From the NCBI RefSeq assembly GCF_000485595.1, contig NW_014577062.1:884244-945075 (forward strand): a stretch of 60,832 nt of DNA. The letters are read 5' to 3'. Numbering within the stretch: position 1 is the stretch's first letter; each line of letters begins with the position of its first letter. A program made the position numbers and the translations under genes. The notes beneath the pieces are model-generated. The model was given only the letters and a program-made list of their open reading frames with translations. It was not told the origin of the DNA and did not search any database. Source of the stretch: Priapulus caudatus (Eukaryota). Positions 1 through 12,100 of the stretch are shown one piece after another.

Positions 1-192
1 CGGTAAGCTAAAATCATAAATTAATTACAGTCTAAGTCACAATCATCAATATACAAATATTTTGAACATTTTAATAAGCATTACAACAATAGAAAGTTAG
101 TTTGGGAAATGTGAGATTATGTAGATAATTCACTGACATTTCTCAGCCAACGAAAAACTTCCGATGCAGTTTCTTTTTATTTCTAACTTAAC

Positions 193-3100
193 CGGGTTCT
201 AGCATGTCTTCAGTGAGTGGTTGTCTATTAAATGGATCTGTTGAGGATATTTAGTAAGATCGCTCAGTATTATGGGTCGATCCATTATTGTACCACTAGG
301 TGGGCAGCACAACTGGATCTACCATAATGGTAAATCCATTAGTGGGTCTGGAAGAAATAGCATCAGTATCTTAGGCACTTAATTTAATAATTTAACAAAC
401 GTTTAGCAATTTATCATTTGATCCTATTTTGTGTATATGTCATGTGTGGAATGAAATGCTGTGTTTATTCAGCTTACCTCTGAATTCATCTGGGGCATCA
501 CTGTAGTCAATATCCTTTTTCAACTTGGCAATCAAAATTGTATCTATTTTCGATGAAAGATGGCGGAACTGTGCAATCTCTGCCTCCGTCTTGATCAAGG
601 ATCTAGTCATCTACCACTGCATCATCAAATAACTCCTTTCTATAAGACCTCTGAAATACATCAGATATTATTACAATTACATTTTCGACAAATACACTGT
701 GGAATATTACATGTATGCATCATACTATACTGACAATAATATTAGAAATAACCGATGTCAGATTTAATATTTAAATACAGACACTAAGGAAATGCCCCAC
801 ACAAATAAGACAAGTCACTGATGAGATTATATTGTCCCTTTGAAGAGAGGAAACTGGGTAGGAATCAGCTGTTGGCTGCACTACATCATTACTTAAGGCA
901 TTGATTCTCTCGCGTTTTATTGAATGGTTCTCTGCAAAAAATGTTTACTGCATTTGGATCAGAAAATTTCACATATCGAATAACCAGAGATCTGTTAACT
1001 TTTTAATTTGGATTTGCATTGTTTTGTTTCATTGATAAAAGGAAAAAATGAAATAGAAACCATGGCAACTAAATCCTCTATACCTTACTGCATATTTGGG
1101 ATCAGTTCGCCGTATCAAATGTAGATAACCACGATGGTAGCTTGCCTTGAACATGGATTTGTAGAATACTTGTTTTGCCGATACAAGAAACAGAATGGAA
1201 CGGGAGCCTTAGCAAGCTCTTTGCTTCAGTTACCTCATCATGAGGCATCGCCTGAGCGAATGTTTTCTCTGACTTACCTCATCATAAGGCATCGCCTGAG
1301 CGAATGTTTCCTCTGACTTACCTCATCATAAGGGCATCGCCTGAGCGAATGTTTGCTCTGACTTACCTCATCATAAGGCATCGCCTGCGCGAATGTTTCC
1401 TCTGACTTTCCTCATCATAAGGCATCGCCTGAGCGAATGTTTTCTCTGACTTACCTCATCATAAGGCATCGCCTGAGCGAATGTTTCCTCTGACTTACCT
1501 CATCATAAGGCATCGCCTGAGCGAATGTTTCCTCTGACTTACCTCATCATAAGGCATCGCCTGCGCGAATGTTTCCTCTGACTTACCTCATCATAAGGCA
1601 TCGCCTGCGCGAATGTTTTCTCTGACTTACCTCATCATAAGGCATCGCCTGAGCGAATGTTTCTTCTGACTTACCTCATCATAAAGGCATTGCCTGAGCG
1701 AAATGTTTTCTCTGACTTACCTCATCATAAGGCATCGCCTGAGCGAATGTTTCCTCTGACTTACCTCATCATAAGGCATCGCCTGAGCGAATGTTTTCTC
1801 TGACTTACCTCATCAAAGACACGCCTGAGCAAATGTTTCCTCGACTATACCTCATCATAAGGCATCGCCTGAGCGAATGTTTCCTTCCCTGACTTACCTC
1901 ATCATAAGGCATCGCCTGAGCGAATGTTTCCTCTGACTTACCTCATCGTTGGCCATCGCCTGCGCGAATTCGTCACAGTCGAGGTGCAGATAGATGTCGG
2001 TCAGCTGGTCAAGCAGCTTCTTCGGCTCCCAGCCGTACTTGTCCGGGTTCTTCACCTTCAGGTTCTTGCACTTGGCGCCGCACAATTGCTGCAGGTTGAA
2101 GTTGAGCATCGCGGCGAGCCGGTCCGCCAACTCCTGCAACGCACACACACCGCATCGCCGTCAGTCGCACGTGCGTCGCCGTTGGTTACGCGCTCGTTGC
2201 TATTAGTTACGTGCCTGCAACCATTAGTTACGAATACATCGCCGTTAGTAACGCGCGTTGCCATTAGTTATGCACCCATCACCGTTAGTAACAAGTGTTG
2301 CCATTAGTTACGCGCCTCCTGCTCACAACCCTGCGATGCCACCCGCTTCCCGCTCTCAACCTGCGATGCCAACCGCAGCCTCGCCCCCTCTCGAACCTAC
2401 GGCATGCCACCCCGCCTCCCACCGCTCACTCAACACCTGCGAATGACCACGCACTCCGCTCTGCAGCCGTCTCAACCTCGATGCCACCTGCCTCCCGCTC
2501 TCAACCCTGCGATCGCCACCCCGCCTCCTGCTCTCAACGCCACATGGGCGATGGGCCGACCCCCCGCTTCCCGCTCATCAACCCATGCGATGGCCACCGC
2601 ACCTCCCGCTCTCAATCCCTGCGATGCACCAACCGCCTCCCGCTCTCAACCCATGCGATGGGCCACCCGCCTCCCGCTCTCACCCTAGCCGATGCCACAC
2701 ACGCCTCCCGCTCTCAAACCGCCTGCGAATAGCACACCTGCCCCCGCTCTAACCTAGCGACGCCCCCGCGTCTCAACCATTGTCGATGCCACCCGCAACT
2801 CATCGCTCTCAACGCCTGTGAATGCCAACCCGACCGCCTCCCGCTCTCAACCCTAGCGATGCCACCCGCCTAACACCGCTCATACACCCTCGATGCCACN
2901 NNNNNNNNNNNNNNNNNNNNNNNNNNNNNNNNNNNNNNNNNNNNNNNNNNNNNNNNNNNNNNNNNNNNNNNNNNNNNNNNNNNNNNNNNNNNNNNNNNNN
3001 NNNNNNNNNNNNNNNNNNNNNNNNNNNNNNNNNNNNNNNNNNNNNNNNNNNNNNNNNNNNNNNNNNNNNNNNNNNNNNNNNNNNNNNNNNNNNNNNNNNN

Positions 3101-6100
3101 NNNNNNNNNNNNNNNNNNNNNNNNNNNNNNNNNNNNNNNNNNNNNNNNNNNNNNNNNNNNNNNNNNNNNNNNNNNNNNNNNNNNNNNNNNNNNNNNNNNN
3201 NNNNNNNNNNNNNNNNNNNNNNNNNNNNNNNNNNNNNNNNNNNNNNNNNNNNNNNNNNNNNNNNNNNNNNNNNNNNNNNNNNNNNNNNNNNNNNNNNNNN
3301 NNNNNNNNNNNNNNNNNNNNNNNNNNNNNNNNNNNNNNNNNNNNNNNNNNNNNNNNNNNNNNNNNNNNNNNNNNNNNNNNNNNNNNNNNNNNNNNNNNNN
3401 NNNNNNNNNNNNNNNNNNNNNNNNNNNNNNNNNNNNNNNNNNNNNNNNNNNNNNNNNNNNNNNNNNNNNNNNNNNNNNNNNNNNNNNNNNNNNNNNNNNN
3501 NNNNNNNNNNNNNNNNNNNNNNNNNNNNNNNNNNNNNNNNNNNNNNNNNNNNNNNNNNNNNNNNNNNNNNNNNNNNNNNNNNNNNNNNNNNNNNNNNNNN
3601 NNNNNNNNNNNNNNNNNNNNNNNNNNNNNNNNNNNNNNNNNNNNNNNNNNNNNNNNNNNNNNNNNNNNNNNNNNNNNNNNNNNNNNNNNNNNNNNNNNNN
3701 NNNNNTGCGAGCAAACTTCTATATTTACACATGCTTGGGACCGGTGAAGGATGTGTCGCGCTACCAAAAACCCTAAGGCAACATTTTTCATACTTGCACA
3801 TCCTCAGGCAGCATGAGTTGTGTAACAAACCTTTGTCTTTGTTGACTTATTTAACTTTACCCTACCTTTTACGTCCTTACAGAGATATTTTAATTCATAC
3901 TAGATTCCGGGGGTACATGTATGTGGCGACAACTGTCCTTTCTAGTTATTCAATATATTCTCAGAAAGTGTCAGCTGTGATAGTCAGTGCTAGTCTCATG
4001 TGCTTTGGGAGTGGGCCAGGCACTGGCGGTACATTTAGCTAATGGCGATCTGCATAGCTAAAGGTGGCTGAACTGCATAACTAATGGGTACACGTGCGTA
4101 ATAAGTGACGATGTGCATGTAAAACTAATGGTTGCAGGCAACGTAACTAATGGCAACACTTGTTACTAACAGTGATGTATGCGTAACTAATGGTTGCAGG
4201 CACGTAACTAATAGCAACACTTGTTACTAACAGTGATGTATGCGTAACTATGGTTGCAGGCACGTAACTAATTGCAACACGTCTTATACAGTGATGTATG
4301 CGTAACTAATGGTTGCAGGCCACGTAACTAATGGCAACACTCGTTACTAACAGGGATGTATGCGTAACTAATGGTTGCAGGCACGTGAACTAATGACAAC
4401 ACTCGTACTAACAGTGATGTATGCGTAACTAATGGTTGCAGGCACGTAACTAATGGCAACACTTGTTACTAACAGTGATGTATGCGTAACTAATGGTTGC
4501 AGGCACGTAACTAATGGCAACACTTGTTACTAACAGTGATGTATGCGTAACTAATGGTTGCAGGCACGTAACTAATAGCAACTCTCTGTTACTACAGTTG
4601 ATGTATGCGTTAATATGGTTGCCGGCACGTAACTAAATGGCAACACTCGTTACTAACAGCTGATGTATTGCGTAACTAATGTTGCAGGCAGTAACTAATA
4701 GCACTCTCGTTACTAACAGTGATGTATGCCGCCGTAACTAATGGTTGCAGGCACGTAACTAATGGCCACACTCAGTTATACTAACCAGTGATGTACTGCG
4801 TACTATGGGTTTGAAGGCACGTAACTAATGCGCCAACACTTGTTACTTAACATGATGTGATGGTTAACTACATGGTTGCAGCAGCCATGTACTAATAGCA
4901 ACAATCGATTGACTACAGTTGCATGTATGCCGTAAACTAATGGTTGAAGGCACGTAACTAATGCACACTCGTTACTACAAGTGATGTGTATGCTACTAAT
5001 GATTGAGGCCGTAACTATAGCAACATCTCGTACTAACAGTGATGTATGCGTTAACTATGGTTGCAGGCCGTCGCTAATGACAACACTCGTTACGTAACAG
5101 TGATGGTATGCGTAATATGCGTTGCAGGCACGTAACTAATTGGCAACACTTGTGTACTAACAGTGATGTGCATGTACTAATGGTTGCCAGGCACGTAACT
5201 AATGGCAACACTTCGTTACTAACATATGATGTATGCGTAACTAATGGTTGCAAGGCACACCTAACTAATGGTCAACACTGTGTTCACAACAGTCGATGTG
5301 CATTAAACTAATGGTTGCACGACGTGAATAATGGCAAACACTTAGTTATAACAGTTGATGTATGACGTAAACTAAGTGCGTTGCAGGCACGTGAACTAAT
5401 GGCACACCCCTCGTTTACTAACAGTGATGTATTGCGTAATAACTGGTTGCAGGCACGCGGGTGGCATCGCAGGGTTGAGAGCGGGAGGCGGGTGGCATCG
5501 CAGGGTTGAGAGCGGGAGGCGGGTGGCATCGCAGGGCGGCGCTACCACACCTGTGTAGAACTTCATGAGCGCGGGCGCAAGGCCGTCGCTAAGCGGATGA
5601 CCGACGATCAGCTCGTGGATCTTCTCTGCCTTCGGCTGAACGGCCGGGTTCACGACGAACATGATCTCGACGAGCTTCGCGACGAGGTACGGATTCGCAA
5701 AGTAGTTGCTGTTGCAGACGAACAGCACGAGGAAGGTGACAAGGTCGGGACTGACGTCTGTCAACACCTCAGGTTGATACCTGCAGGGGGCAGCACCGTG
5801 TCATAGTTACAACATGGCTACCTCACTCTTCTACGAGAAAGGTTGATACCTACAGGGGGCAGCACCGTGTCTAACATCGCTATGTCACTCTTCTACAAGA
5901 AGGATTCATACCTCCAGGGGGCAGCACCATGTCTAACATGGCTACATCATGACGTTCTACGAGAAGTAAAATTTTTCTGCGGTTTTCAAAATGTGTCTCA
6001 CAAGAAAAAATAATTATAATTACTAGTGCTAAATAGGCCTACATCCTCAATTTTTTAAGCGATGACATAGTTAGTATAGATAGATAACTAGAGTTAGTAG

Positions 6101-9100
6101 AGATAGATAAACTAGTTAAAAATGCAAAACTTGGAAATTATCACAATTGAAATTAGTGTGTACACCAAAATTACTGATGTACGAGACAACTGAAAACCTG
6201 ATGAACTCTTACATTAATAAGTCTCATATCTAAAATCGCCGATTTGTTGATTCCAAGGTCATCATTTAGTCATAACAACACAATGCACTCTAAAATCTAA
6301 ATGATAAGATTAAATTACAAAACACTGGATAATAAAACACTTACTGAAGAATGAAAAGAATAAAATCAGCTAAATCATCCACAAAGTATTCAGGCAGAGC
6401 AGCCCACACCATCGGTACCTCACTTGGCAGTGGTGTAAGAGACCTGAAATCATTCAACATTGTATTTGAGTTTTACATAAGGATCTTCTACATTGTTTAC
6501 CCAAGGACAGAGAAACGAAAATAATTTAACCCATATACTTACTTGTAACATGAATGTTAATAATTACTAATAAAATGTGTACCAACATATAGAATAGACA
6601 TGGTAAATATCTACAATGCGTTATGTATAAATTTAGCAACGGACTTGACAACTGTGATAAACTTACTGCATCAAGAGTTGATAATGTACCTAGCCAATTT
6701 CAAAGACAACAATTATTCCAAGGCATTACGGCTCTAGTGAAAGGTCATAGATTTATGGATAGCACAAGGTAACATATATATCTATTCCAAGTTCAACACA
6801 TAGGAATCAGGTGCTTTCACTCGTTCATCATCCCCAATGTTTTCCCAGCCAATGGACACTTACCCTTCTCTGGGTGACACCAGCCGAATGAGCAATGTAA
6901 ACAGCGAGTTGTAGAAGTGCAGGCACCGGCGAAGGAAAGTGGCATCCATAAGTGCAGTGTCACTGCACACTTTACTCTTTACTAGTCTCTGTGAATACAA
7001 ACACATTGGCTCAGCTACAGTGATGTCATGAATAGAATTAGTTCAATGCCACGGGGATAGCCGTCAATCCTAACAATGTGCTTTCCAAGTAGCTTTGCTG
7101 CATTCTGATGCAACTACACCGACACAGAAATAAAAACCAGTCAGGGTCAGCTACAATCACACATTCTTGATTAGCAGGCATAATTCGGGCCAGCTGCTAT
7201 ATTAATGATCCGAAAACGGCACTACAACAAAATTAACAGTGCCCTTACTTTGCCTTGAGATTTCCACCTCTTCAACAGCTCTCGGTTTCTCGCAGCTATC
7301 TGCGGCACGTGGCGCCACTGTGCTTCGGCGTTCTGCATCTCCTCGACCATGTGGTTGAGCTCGCGGATAGCGCGCAGGCGGCGGCGGTACCTGCGGCACA
7401 GCGGCAGCAGCGACAGGTGGTGGCAGTGCAGCGTTAGGAAGTAGCACTTTGTTGGAAACTTCGGCTCCTGCCACTTGTGCGTTGAGCTCGGCTCTAGAAC
7501 GAACGTATCCAGCAATCATGCACATATGACGCCGGACTTACGCTGACGAGCGACAGTTTAACTCAGTAAGATGGTCAGACAGGAGTCACGTGGGAAACGA
7601 TATCGTGGCGTGGCCGTGTGACTCTACCTACGTGACTGTCTACGCAGTGTGTGAACCACTGATGTAACTACATGCCTGGAGTACCAACGCTGCCCACAGA
7701 CTGTGACTTGGTACTGTACCACCGATAGTTGACAGTACAAACTCGTGTACTTGTCACATCAAACTATGAAATGTCATCGAACAGACGTATAGACTCGTAA
7801 GCATGCATACGCTCATATTTGTGTAACCCGACCAAGTTTCTGTAGTCACCATCCATTGCCACTCCAAACACAACCAATCACAAGACAACTAGGGAGCGGG
7901 GGAGGGGTCACTCCTTCACGGTACATGTGACTGTACCAGCTATCTACCTAGCTGCTTGATCCACGTCACCACCTCCTGAGAGCTGCTCTTCATCCTCGTC
8001 TCCTGCTTGATGTCGACGTCCGTGTGCGGATGATTCGGGTAGAAAGGGTCGACCTGACGAGGTGTCAAGAAATAAAGACATGGTATATGCGACTCACGGG
8101 GGTGGTGGTCGTGCGTGGCGCCTTCGCACCTACCAGCGGTGCCGCGCCGTCCGCGTACGAAGAACACGTTAGCTTCCACGACCATTCCTAGCAAAACTTC
8201 ATGCTGTCCGATAAGACAACAACGTTGCGCGTTTATTCACGTTGTTCAAGTTTGCACGGCAAGTTCAGTTTCCCCTTGCTAGGAAGGTCCACCGTTCATA
8301 GCTACTTCAATTAATTAATTTCTTAGTTAATTAATCAAAATAGATGATTTACCAACCTTATCTAGCTTGACCTTCACAGATAGTAGCTGCAGTACACACA
8401 ACACATTCTGCAAGAATCCATCTCCAGAAACGACGTGCTCATCCACCTGCCAACGAATATGGCTGCTAACATGTACAAAGAACATGCGCTCGTCACAGTC
8501 CTTAATCACACCCTGCAATGCTTGTGGCAGACTAAAATGAGCCTCTACAGGGTGCAGCGGTGATTGTTGGCTGACCGCACTGACTGCTGCACTACACGCA
8601 TGGGCTAATGAACTGAAACCAACTGCAATTAGCATTCTCTTATGGTGTCGGGCACAGACGAGCACACATCTGTCAACGACTGTCAGACGATTGTCAGACG
8701 AGACGAGATGTCGCGAAGCTTTACATTCCAGCATCAGGTGTCTGTCTCCCAACATGGAGATACGACAACCTGCTGATCTATACCGACTGTGCATCGACAC
8801 GACACGATTACCACCATACCTGCAGACCAGCTTTCTTTTGATTGACCTTCAGGACAAGGGCAAGATAATCGAGTGTCGCGTCACGGGTCTCCCCATTCAC
8901 TAGCAGCGCGTGCATTATCTTGAACTGCTCTTGCTGCAAACAAGAACAAAAAAAATTCTTGATGCAACGAAACGAGAGCTGAACGTCGTGACCAAGGTCG
9001 TATTGTTGGTTAACAGTTCAATTTCATTATGAAAATGATGACGCTATTGCAGGTTAATACGAAAATAGAGGAAAATCGCTAACCCTGGCAAATTCCAACG

Positions 9101-12100
9101 CATGTCGCAGGCTTTGGTTTGCTAGCTGTGTGTTTTCACCGGTTAATGTATTCCCCGAGAAGAATTTGTCAACCACTTTGGTCTGAAAAGTCACAACAAA
9201 TTTAATCACGTATCAGGATTACCACATCTCAATCACGTTATTTCAATATTTTTTCCTATAATTTCACCACAAAGGCTTATTTTTTCCTTTAATTTCACCA
9301 GGTATGTTTAGGTGGGCAAACAGAAAAAACATGTTTGAAAAGATGGTTCCGCACACCATGTATTCCATGATAACGTGTGAGAAGGCTACCTACCGTGTCC
9401 TCTGCATAGACCGAAATATCAAGGAATGGGCCCAAAAACGAGAGCTTCTGTAGTTCTCTGCCATGTGCCTGCGTGATCTTATCAGGCACAAACAGTGCTC
9501 GTTCTGACACAATCTGTAACAATAGCTAATAGTTATATAGGCAGGATGTACAGTGTTTAATGTGAGTACTATGACAGATAACAGATTGTCAATCATGAAT
9601 CACCAAGGATCCTACTTGTGAACATCCAATATTACTTGCAAGAACGATTAATCATTCACTTCCTATTTAACAGCAGATGACAAGTTCTAGAGTATACGTT
9701 GTGACGATAGTTCTTACTTTATACGTTGAAAAAATTCTAACTAAAAAGAGTCTCAGAAAGAATTTTATCCTGTAATTTTAATTGGAAGACTAGACCGTCA
9801 ATCTTACCAGATTGCAAATTGGCCTAATTTTGGTAGGTGCATACTGGATCTCACACAGCTCAGAAAGTATTGTGAGTGGTTGCCGAAACTGGTCTGTATC
9901 TAGAGAACACTGACGAATCTTTTGCTGCAGACCAAGCAGAACTGGCAGAAATATCTGAAAGTGAATTTCCAACAGTGGTAAACTCGATGTTGCCCGACAG
10001 ACAATGCGTGCCAGAAATTTTGCTCATCACACGCGAAAACATGAACACCTACCATACCTTAAGAGAACTTAGCAAAAGTAAGCATGCAATGATTATTCAA
10101 TTGAGAGAAATGATTGCTTATTGCACAGACAACAGATGCACCGACCACCTCACAACACGAGCGATGACTCAACATCACAACTCTAAATCAACTTTAACAA
10201 TACTACCTATGTTAATCTGCGCTACATGTACAGAGGCACCACCTCCTTCCACCACCCAACTGCTACCATCCACCATCCACACCACCAACATCCACCAGCC
10301 ACTCACCATCAATCACCACTGTCCACCACCACTGACCACCACCCACTAGCCACTCACTCAGCAGCTCAGCTCTCAGCAGCAAACTCTTCAGGTACTCACC
10401 ATCCTGAACAGCTCCCTGTCGTGGTGTGTAGCATAGATGAGCTCCTGGAGGAAGCCACGAGGAAGGCTGGAGGCCTGCACGAGTGGCAGCAATGCAGAGC
10501 ATCCTGCCGTCGCACTCACTCTGAAACACAGCACCACCATCAGCTGCTACAGGTATGTAGCTAATCCAGGTATGTTACTTAACCTAATCCAGGTATGTTA
10601 CTTAACCTAACCCAGGTATGTTACTTAACCTAATCCAGGTATGTTACTTAACCTAATCCATCTATGTTACTTAACTTAACCCAGGTATGTTACTTAACCT
10701 AACCCAGGTATGTTACTTAACCTAATCCAGGTATGTTACTTAACCTAATCCATCTATGTTACTTAACTTAACCCAGGTATGTTACTTAACCTAACCCAGG
10801 TATGTTACTTAACCTAATCCAGGTATGTTACTTAACCCAGGGATGAGATTGGAGAATTTAATTTTCAGCTGAAATTGAAATTAACAAACAGAGGAGCGAG
10901 CAATGCGAGGACCGTAGGTGCATTTTTTTACACAATTTTTTTAAAAGAATGGTGCAATTTGGTGCATTCTAAGCTATTCTGAACACATTATAAGAGATTC
11001 TTGAATCACCTTTTCAAGTTGTCAAAAGGAACAAACGAACTATGAATAGGAAATCAGGGGCCTGAAAATAGGGCAATTTTTTTTATTAAGTGTCTAGTAG
11101 TAGACACTTTTTATTGTAGATTACTTTTGATTACTACTGATTACTTTTGATTCTTTTTATTGTAGAGAATTTGATTTTTGTAGTAGAAACTTTGATATTT
11201 TTCTGTTTCCACCCGTCGCTTGCATTGTTTTACTCAGACATAAGCTGCCTTGCTGCAACGAGATTTGAATGAAAAAAACACAATGCGAATGGAACAATCA
11301 GTGCATAGTCATGCACACAACATGGACACAGCAACATGTAAACCCGGCCCCCAGGCCAGGCATGGTCGTTACGTGATCAGCTACCTCAAATGTCTGCCTC
11401 TCTACTGCAGCCTGTGAACGAGGATTTTCTTTTCTGGTACACAAAAACAGATACACTGTATACTGCGCTGTCAGTCTACTGTCTACACTCTACAGTCAGG
11501 TGATGTTGAGCAGTTGAGGGTATATAATTTAAATGTTTACATTGTTACCCCCCTCCCAATTTTCTCAACGAATTTAGACGTTTCACAAAATCGGCCCCTG
11601 GGACTGTCAAATCCGCGGATTTCCGCGGATCCGCGGAAGAATCTCATCCCTGTTAACCTCATCGCTGCATTTCAACACACCAAAGCCGACTGCTGCTAGG
11701 GCGTCGTGTAACACCTGCTCCCACACAAACAGTATTTTTTTGAACTATTTGATGATAAAGACAAAAAGATAACATTCTGCAGAGATACTCACTCTTCTCC
11801 ACAGTATAGTCCTTGAAGTACCATAATGGTGTGTCGCACACACTGCCCTCTCACCTCGTTGAATATATCACTAAGTGGTGGCACACTCGTGCGCTAAAAG
11901 AGAAAACCGAGAATTCTAGATGCATAAGAAAGTTTTAATAATTTTTTTTTTTGCATGAAAAACTTCAATTTGATTTAAAGGCATACTAGGCCCGTTGATT
12001 ATGCAATGTCGACGAATGCTAGAGTAACTGGCACCTTATAGCCAAACGCGTATTAGTTTGTCCAATATCGATCACTGCTGGTTACATTACAAGCAAGACT

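Noticed and set aside
1227..1968. CRISPR-like appearance of regular repeats
   Set aside because: Units are head-to-tail with no unique spacers, there are no cas genes, and the context is a eukaryotic intron.
2809..4042. Long ORFs of 284-406 aa
   Set aside because: They are artefacts of translating through the N gap.
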